Source: Pyrodictium abyssi (GTDB taxonomy: Archaea > Thermoproteota > Thermoprotei_A > Sulfolobales > Pyrodictiaceae). From it: 32,000 bases of DNA. Shown here in pieces: positions 27,205 to 32,000 of the stretch. Numbering within the stretch: the stretch's first letter is position 1; each line of letters opens with the position of its first letter. Under the pieces are notes generated by a model. That model did not search any database. It was not told where the DNA came from and saw only the letters and a list, made by a program, of their open reading frames with translations. The stretch spans positions 690,001 to 722,000 of the forward strand of contig NZ_AP028907.1 in assembly GCF_036323395.1 (NCBI RefSeq), in the 5' to 3' direction. The position numbers were made by a program, and so were the translations under genes.

Positions 27205-27772
27205 CTACCAGCTGTCGTCGTACTCCACCAGGCAGCCAACCACTCTGCCCCTATCATCGTAGAGGAGCATAAACCTGTTAGCACGCCAATGCGCCGAGCT
27301 AAAGTAGACAGCACTAACGATATCAACCATGCCTCCAGAGATGTTGAATATGAGCCCCAGGCAAAGAATCAGCCCAGCGAGCCCGTGACGAGGCCAGACC
27401 TTACCACCGCTAGTATAATCACGCTCAGTACCTGCGGAGCAACGGCGACTATAAGGTATTGAAGGGGCGTCATCCAGAGATAATCCATCATTATAGCACC
27501 TATGTGGGAACGCCGTCCTAATCCTGACACCCTGGACACCCATAAGCCGTGCAGAAGCGGCGTGAACGAGTTCATGGAGCAGTGCAATACCTACTTAATA
27601 CCGCTACAAGAGTAACAATATTTATCTCGACTACGCAGACCCTACTGCAATGCATAAGGTTGCCACATAGTATAGAAACGTACCTTGCCAGCACAATAGG
27701 TGCTACAAGTGCAGCAACAAGGCCTGCGTATACGCTCCAGGCTCTCCGCAGGACCACTCTCCTCTGCTCCAT
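27205..27772 (-). pseudogene. Decayed HExxH membrane metalloprotease, DUF3267/zincin-peptidase-like
   Basis: Three minus-strand frames assemble as MEQRRVVLRRAWSVYAGLVAALVAPIVLARY...NIVTLVAVLSR / GIALLHELVHAASARLMGVQGVRIRTAFP / MMDYLWMTPLQYLIVAVAPQVLSVIILAVVRSGL / LAGLILCLGLIFNISGGMVDIVSAVYFSSAHW.... Confidence 0.6.
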
Positions 27773-27835
27773 AGCTCCATCGATCCGTCCGCTATATTCC
27801 TATACCTCAAATAAATATGGTGCATCACGCTGGTG

Positions 27836-28597
27836 CTAGAGCTGGCGTAGTAGGTATTTCTCTGTGAGTTTGCTGCGTGGCTCTGTGAATACTCTGCTCG
27901 TCGGCCCTACCTCTATAAGCTCGCCGTAGTAGAGGAACGCGGTATAGTCTGCTATGCGCGCCGCCTGCTGCGGGTTATGCGTCACTATGATTATTGGTAT
28001 CTCCTTCTTTAGGTCGAGCACGAGCTCCTCTATCTTCTCCGTGGCTACCGGGTCTAGGTTTGCTGTAGGCTCGTCCATTAGGAGTAGCCGGGGCTTTAGT
28101 GCCAGGGCGCGGGCTATGCTTAGCCTCTGCTTCTGCCCGCCGCTCAGCTTCGCCGCCGGCATGTGGAGGCGGTCTTTCACCTCGTCCCAGAGGTACGCCC
28201 TCTCTAGGGCCCAGCGGACTAGCTCGTCTAGCTCCTTCTTACTCTTCACCATCCGGTTCAGCCTGGGGCCTATAGCCACGTTGTCGTATATGCTCATGTG
28301 GGGGAAGGGGTTCGGGTGCTGGAACACCATTCCTATGCGGCGCCGCACCCACGTGGGGTCAACATTCGGCGCGTAGATGTCTATGCCGTCGAAGTATACA
28401 TGGCCCTCTACGTGGACGTCCTCGTAGAGGTCGAGGAGCCTATTGAAGGCGCGGAGTAGCGTTGACTTGCCGCTGCCGCTGGGCCCCATGAGCGCGAACA
28501 CACTCTTGTCTGGGACCTCTAGGCTCACGTTCTTTATCACGTGCTTGTTGCCGAACCATATGTTTAGGTTCTCTGCTTTCAGCACGTAGCCGGCCAT
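27836..28597 (-). CDS. pstB: Phosphate ABC transporter ATP-binding protein
   Basis: [64 protein letters not shown] and [14 protein letters not shown]. Confidence 0.95.
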   Translation of the reverse strand: MAGYVLKAENLNIWFGNKHVIKNVSLEVPDKSVFALMGPSGSGKSTLLRAFNRLLDLYEDVHVEGHVYFDGIDIYAPNVDPTWVRRRIGMVFQHPNPFPHMSIYDNVAIGPRLNRMVKSKKELDELVRWALERAYLWDEVKDRLHMPAAKLSGGQKQRLSIARALALKPRLLLMDEPTANLDPVATEKIEELVLDLKKEIPIIIVTHNPQQAARIADYTAFLYYGELIEVGPTSRVFTEPRSKLTEKYLLRQL

Positions 28598-28599
28598 GG

Positions 28600-29469
28600 C
28601 TACAGCCGCACCCCTTTCACGAGGAGCCTGGCTACCACCATTATCGTGAACACTATGGCTAGGAGGACTAGGCTTGCGCCCCAGGCTAGCTCGTGGTAGC
28701 CCGGCCCAGGCTGCTGTATAAACTCGTAGATGAGGAGGGGGATAGCGCCGCCGGGCTCTGTGAGCCCCGTGGGGGGCCGATTGAAGGCGCCTCCTATGGT
28801 GAAGAGTAGGGGCGCGGTCTCGCCCGCCACCTTGGCTATGCCGATCAGTACGCCGACTATTATGCCGCGGCGGGCGATGCCCAGTATTACGCGGTATACT
28901 GCCTTGAGTCGGGATACTCCTAGGCTGAAGGCTGCCTCGCGCAGGTCGTGGGGGACGCCGCGGAGCGCTTCGCTTACCTGGACAGCCACGTACGGCATCA
29001 TCACCAGCGAGAGGGCTAGCGCGCCAGCCAGCATGCTGTAGGTGCCCATGGGCTGGACCACGGTGGCGTATATGTAGAGGCCTACGAGTATCGTTGGGAA
29101 CTCTACGAGGAGGAGGCTGAGCACTAGTACTAGTCTCGATATCCCTGCGCGCCGGAACTCGGCGACAAACACGCCGGCGAAGAGTGCTAGGCTCACGCCT
29201 ATGGCTGAGGCGAGCGCTATGAGCATAGCTGAGCCTAGCAGGACAGGGCCTATACCGCCAGGGTTGCTTGGGTTCTGGGGCTGTGGCGGCGATGTCAGGA
29301 AGTCTAGTAGCCCTACCTTTGCTATCACCTTGGCGCCGTTGACTACCACTGTGTAGACTATGTGTGCTAGGGGCGCTACTGCTAGGAGGGCTAGTGACGC
29401 GAAGACTGCTAGGCCTAGGATGTTAGCTACGCGTCTTCTCTGCTCTATCCTAGGGGCTGCGCTAGACAC
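28600..29469 (-). CDS. pstA: Phosphate ABC transporter permease
   Basis: Multi-TM protein with [75 protein letters not shown]. Confidence 0.93.
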   Translation of the reverse strand: MSSAAPRIEQRRRVANILGLAVFASLALLAVAPLAHIVYTVVVNGAKVIAKVGLLDFLTSPPQPQNPSNPGGIGPVLLGSAMLIALASAIGVSLALFAGVFVAEFRRAGISRLVLVLSLLLVEFPTILVGLYIYATVVQPMGTYSMLAGALALSLVMMPYVAVQVSEALRGVPHDLREAAFSLGVSRLKAVYRVILGIARRGIIVGVLIGIAKVAGETAPLLFTIGGAFNRPPTGLTEPGGAIPLLIYEFIQQPGPGYHELAWGASLVLLAIVFTIMVVARLLVKGVRL

Positions 29470-30463
29470 GGCTTATCTCCTCCTCCCAGCGCTTTATGTA
29501 GAGTATGCCTATCGTGTTGACTACTAGGCCTATGGCGAACAGTGCGAGGCCTCCGGCGAATAGCGCGCTCTCCATGTACTCGTAGTAGCTGGCTGACTTG
29601 AACATGCTGGCTATTAGGCTCGACACTGTAACACCGGGTCTTGAGACTGCTATCGGTGTGTCGAGCGAGTTTCCTATAACCAGGCTCACTGCTACCGTCT
29701 CGCCCATAGCCCTGCCGAAGGCGAGGATTAGCCCAGCTATTATGCTCGGCTTTATCGCGCCGAGTAGTATCCTTATCGTCTCGAACTTAGTCGCCCCCAC
29801 ACTGTACGCGGCCTCTCTCAAATGCCGTGGAACCATTGAGTATGCTTCGCGTATTACTGCCGCCGCGTAGGGTACCACCATTATGCCGAGCATCACGCCT
29901 GCTGTTGCTATAGTGTACCCGGTTACGGGGCGCTCGCTGAAGAACGGTATCCAGCCAAAGTGTTGGTACATGAACCCTAGTATCTCCTTCATGGTGGGGG
30001 CTAGGTAGGTGGCGCCCCATATGCCGTATACTATCGTGGGCGTAGCCGCCATCAAGTCTACGAGTACGGCTACTGCGCCCCGTAAACGCCTCGGGGTAAG
30101 CTCCTCTATCGCGACCGCTAGGCCCACGGCTAGGGGCGCTGCTATGAGGATGGCTATTACGCTTGTGTAGAGTGTGCCGTAGATCGCGGCTAGCAGCCCG
30201 TACTCCTCCTTCTCAGGGTTGTCCTCTACAGCCCTCCACGCGTTCTTGGTGAATATCGATAGCCCCTCATGCTCCAGCACGGGCAGTGACTTGATGAGTA
30301 TGACTGCGAGCATGGAGGTGAGTATGAGGAAGACTAGGAGTGGTATAGGCAGGTGTAGTAGGAAGAAGCGTTTGTCGTCCCGGCTACGGAGCCGGGGCAG
30401 GAAGCCCTCTAGGCTTAGCCTAAAAACCCTAGATCTGCCCCTGGAGGCCGGCTTCCTCTCCAA
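29462..30463 (-). CDS. pstC: Phosphate ABC transporter permease
   Basis: MIVVPYAAAVIREAYSMVPRHLREAAYSVGATKFETIRILLGAIKPSIIAGLILAFGRAMGETVAVSLVIGN. Confidence 0.93.
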   Translation of the reverse strand: MERKPASRGRSRVFRLSLEGFLPRLRSRDDKRFFLLHLPIPLLVFLILTSMLAVILIKSLPVLEHEGLSIFTKNAWRAVEDNPEKEEYGLLAAIYGTLYTSVIAILIAAPLAVGLAVAIEELTPRRLRGAVAVLVDLMAATPTIVYGIWGATYLAPTMKEILGFMYQHFGWIPFFSERPVTGYTIATAGVMLGIMVVPYAAAVIREAYSMVPRHLREAAYSVGATKFETIRILLGAIKPSIIAGLILAFGRAMGETVAVSLVIGNSLDTPIAVSRPGVTVSSLIASMFKSASYYEYMESALFAGGLALFAIGLVVNTIGILYIKRWEEEISRV

Positions 30464-30508
30464 TTCCGGCGATACCCCGCCTCTAGTGCCAGGTGTTGCT
30501 CGCCCAGT

Positions 30509-31663
30509 TCAGCCGCCGCACTCCAGGAGCTGAGCTGCCTGGGATACTACCTTCTTTAGTTGCTCGGGTAGCGGCGCATAGCCCTCGGGTAGGTTCTCTT
30601 GGCCCTGTGATCCTATATACTCTATGAATGCCTTCATCGCATTGCACTTGGCTGGGTCATCCCACTTCTTCCATACTATGAGGAATGTCTGGCCTGCTAG
30701 CGGATAGGCGTCTGGGCTCGCCGACGAATAGACGAACTCCCTGGCTACGCTGCTCCAGTCGTCGAGAGGGCTCGGCGGGTTGTTTATAGCGAATGCTGCG
30801 GACACTGTTTCGGGGCTTGGCGCCACGAACTTACCTGCTGGGTTCTGTAGCCTGGCGTAGGGCAGCCCATACCTTAGCGCGTAGGCGAGCTCGACATAGC
30901 CTATTGAGTAGGGTGTCGTCTTTACTGCTTGCGTCACGCCCTGGTTGCCCTCCTGGCCTATGCCGCGGCCCGTCTTGTCCACCGGCCACCGGACGGTCTT
31001 ACCTATGCCCACTTTATCTTCCCATTCCTTGCAGGTCTTAGCCAGGAATGTTGTGAATATCTGCGTGGTGCCGCTCGAGTCGCTACGGTGTACTGCTATT
31101 ATCTCCTTGTGTGGCAGCTTGTCAGCGACACCGGGGTTTAGCTCCTTTATGGCTGGATCGTCCCAGTAGACTATCTCGCCAAGGTATATCTTCGCTATTA
31201 CTTCGCCGGTTAGGTTTAGCTGGGTGTTGCCTATCTCTGGTATGTTGTATACTATCGCGACCGCGCCTAGTACTACGGGGAACTGTAGTATCTGGCCCTT
31301 GTACTTCTCCCACTTGTTGCGCGGTAGCGGCGGGTCGCTACCAGCAAAGTCTACGAGGTGGTTAAGGATGTCCTTGACTCCCTTCCCGCTGCCGCCGCCA
31401 GTGTACTCTATAGCTATACCCGGGTTCTTTGCCGTGAAGTCACTTATCCACATATCCATAGCTGGCTTCACGAACGTGGAGCCGCTGCCTAGCAGGCTTA
31501 CCTCTTTACCGGCTCCTCCGCCCGGAGCGGTCGATGTAGCCGTCGGCACAGCTGTAGATGTTGGCGCGGCCTTCTCCCCACTCTTACCCATTAGGGTTAG
31601 ACCGACTACAGCGGCTACTACGAATATGCCTACCAGTACCAGTATCGTCTTGTTGTTCAACAC
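30509..31663 (-). CDS. pstS: Phosphate-binding lipoprotein/anchored substrate-binding protein
   Basis: LLGSGSTFVKPAMDMWISDFTAKNPGIAIEYTGGGSGKGVKDI...HRSDSSGTTQIFTTFLAKTCKEW. GTG start at 31663 preceded by GGAGGTG (the ORF track starts at 31687). Confidence 0.93.
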   Translation of the reverse strand: MLNNKTILVLVGIFVVAAVVGLTLMGKSGEKAAPTSTAVPTATSTAPGGGAGKEVSLLGSGSTFVKPAMDMWISDFTAKNPGIAIEYTGGGSGKGVKDILNHLVDFAGSDPPLPRNKWEKYKGQILQFPVVLGAVAIVYNIPEIGNTQLNLTGEVIAKIYLGEIVYWDDPAIKELNPGVADKLPHKEIIAVHRSDSSGTTQIFTTFLAKTCKEWEDKVGIGKTVRWPVDKTGRGIGQEGNQGVTQAVKTTPYSIGYVELAYALRYGLPYARLQNPAGKFVAPSPETVSAAFAINNPPSPLDDWSSVAREFVYSSASPDAYPLAGQTFLIVWKKWDDPAKCNAMKAFIEYIGSQGQENLPEGYAPLPEQLKKVVSQAAQLLECGG

Positions 31664-31741
31664 ATACCCACCTCCTATACTAGGCACGTGTTCTCCGGGA
31701 CCCCATGTTGCTGTCTCGGGTACCCGGTAGCCGGGCTAGGG

Positions 31742-31823
31742 TCTATAGAGTTCTACTTATAGCGCCTATAGACTGTCTAGAGGCTATGTAGAATAGTCTA
31801 GTATCTCTAGAGGACACTAGAGA
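31742..31823. promoter_or_regulatory. Clustered CTATAG / CTAG(AG) motifs upstream of pstS with a minus-strand TATA-like ctataagt
   Basis: CTATAG at 31743 and 31766. CTAG cores at 31777, 31798, 31807 and 31817. Confidence 0.35.
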
Positions 31824-32000
31824 ATGCCAAGGAGCGCCCTGCGGGCAGAGCATAGGGGATGAGGAGTAAGTTGAGGGGACGGCTCCGGAGCTCAGCCTAG
31901 GTGTTGTACCGCACTGCCCCAGGGCCGGGGGCTGTCCTGGGGCTCGGCCTCGGCTGTAGTCAGCACAAGCCCATGCTACTCTACCCGGGGCTACACAGGT

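Noticed and set aside
31824-32000. Possible structured RNA in the GC-rich right end (ccccagggccgggggctgtcctggggc hairpin)
   Set aside because: No SRP, RNase P, rRNA or tRNA signature could be recognised, and the window ends here. A covariance model search would decide.
1-32000. Mobile elements / IS
   Set aside because: No transposase, integrase or terminal repeat motifs recognised in any ORF. Accessory genes may still have been acquired horizontally.

Overview
GC-rich archaeal window whose gene set and codon style suggest a hyperthermophilic Crenarchaeote, possibly Pyrodictiaceae-like (this taxonomic guess is inference). The core is an aromatic amino acid supercluster. It contains the aroE 3' end, trpC-G-E-F-D-B-A with a dihydrolipoamide dehydrogenase, aroD-aroB-DAHP synthase, a split transketolase, a chorismate mutase/prephenate dehydrogenase fusion, aroC, aroA and an archaeal GHMP-type shikimate kinase. 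A pstSCAB phosphate transporter operon lies at the right. Accessory material flanks and interrupts this: a NikR-like CopG regulator, a frameshifted P-type ATPase, a possible ferritin-like protein, a VapBC pair with a frameshifted antitoxin, and a decayed HELVH membrane protease. The most interesting locus is a divergent pair of cell-surface genes at about 3.7-8.3 kb. One gene encodes a ~1000-aa Thr/Asn-rich, helical, highly charged secreted protein. The other encodes a membrane-spanning protein with an extracytoplasmic domain, a Thr-rich stalk, one TM helix and a cytoplasmic winged helix. The intergenic region carries a regular half-site array, TGGAAC-N9-GTTCCA-N9-TGGAAC, so a surface-sensing one-component regulator controlling its neighbour is a testable hypothesis.
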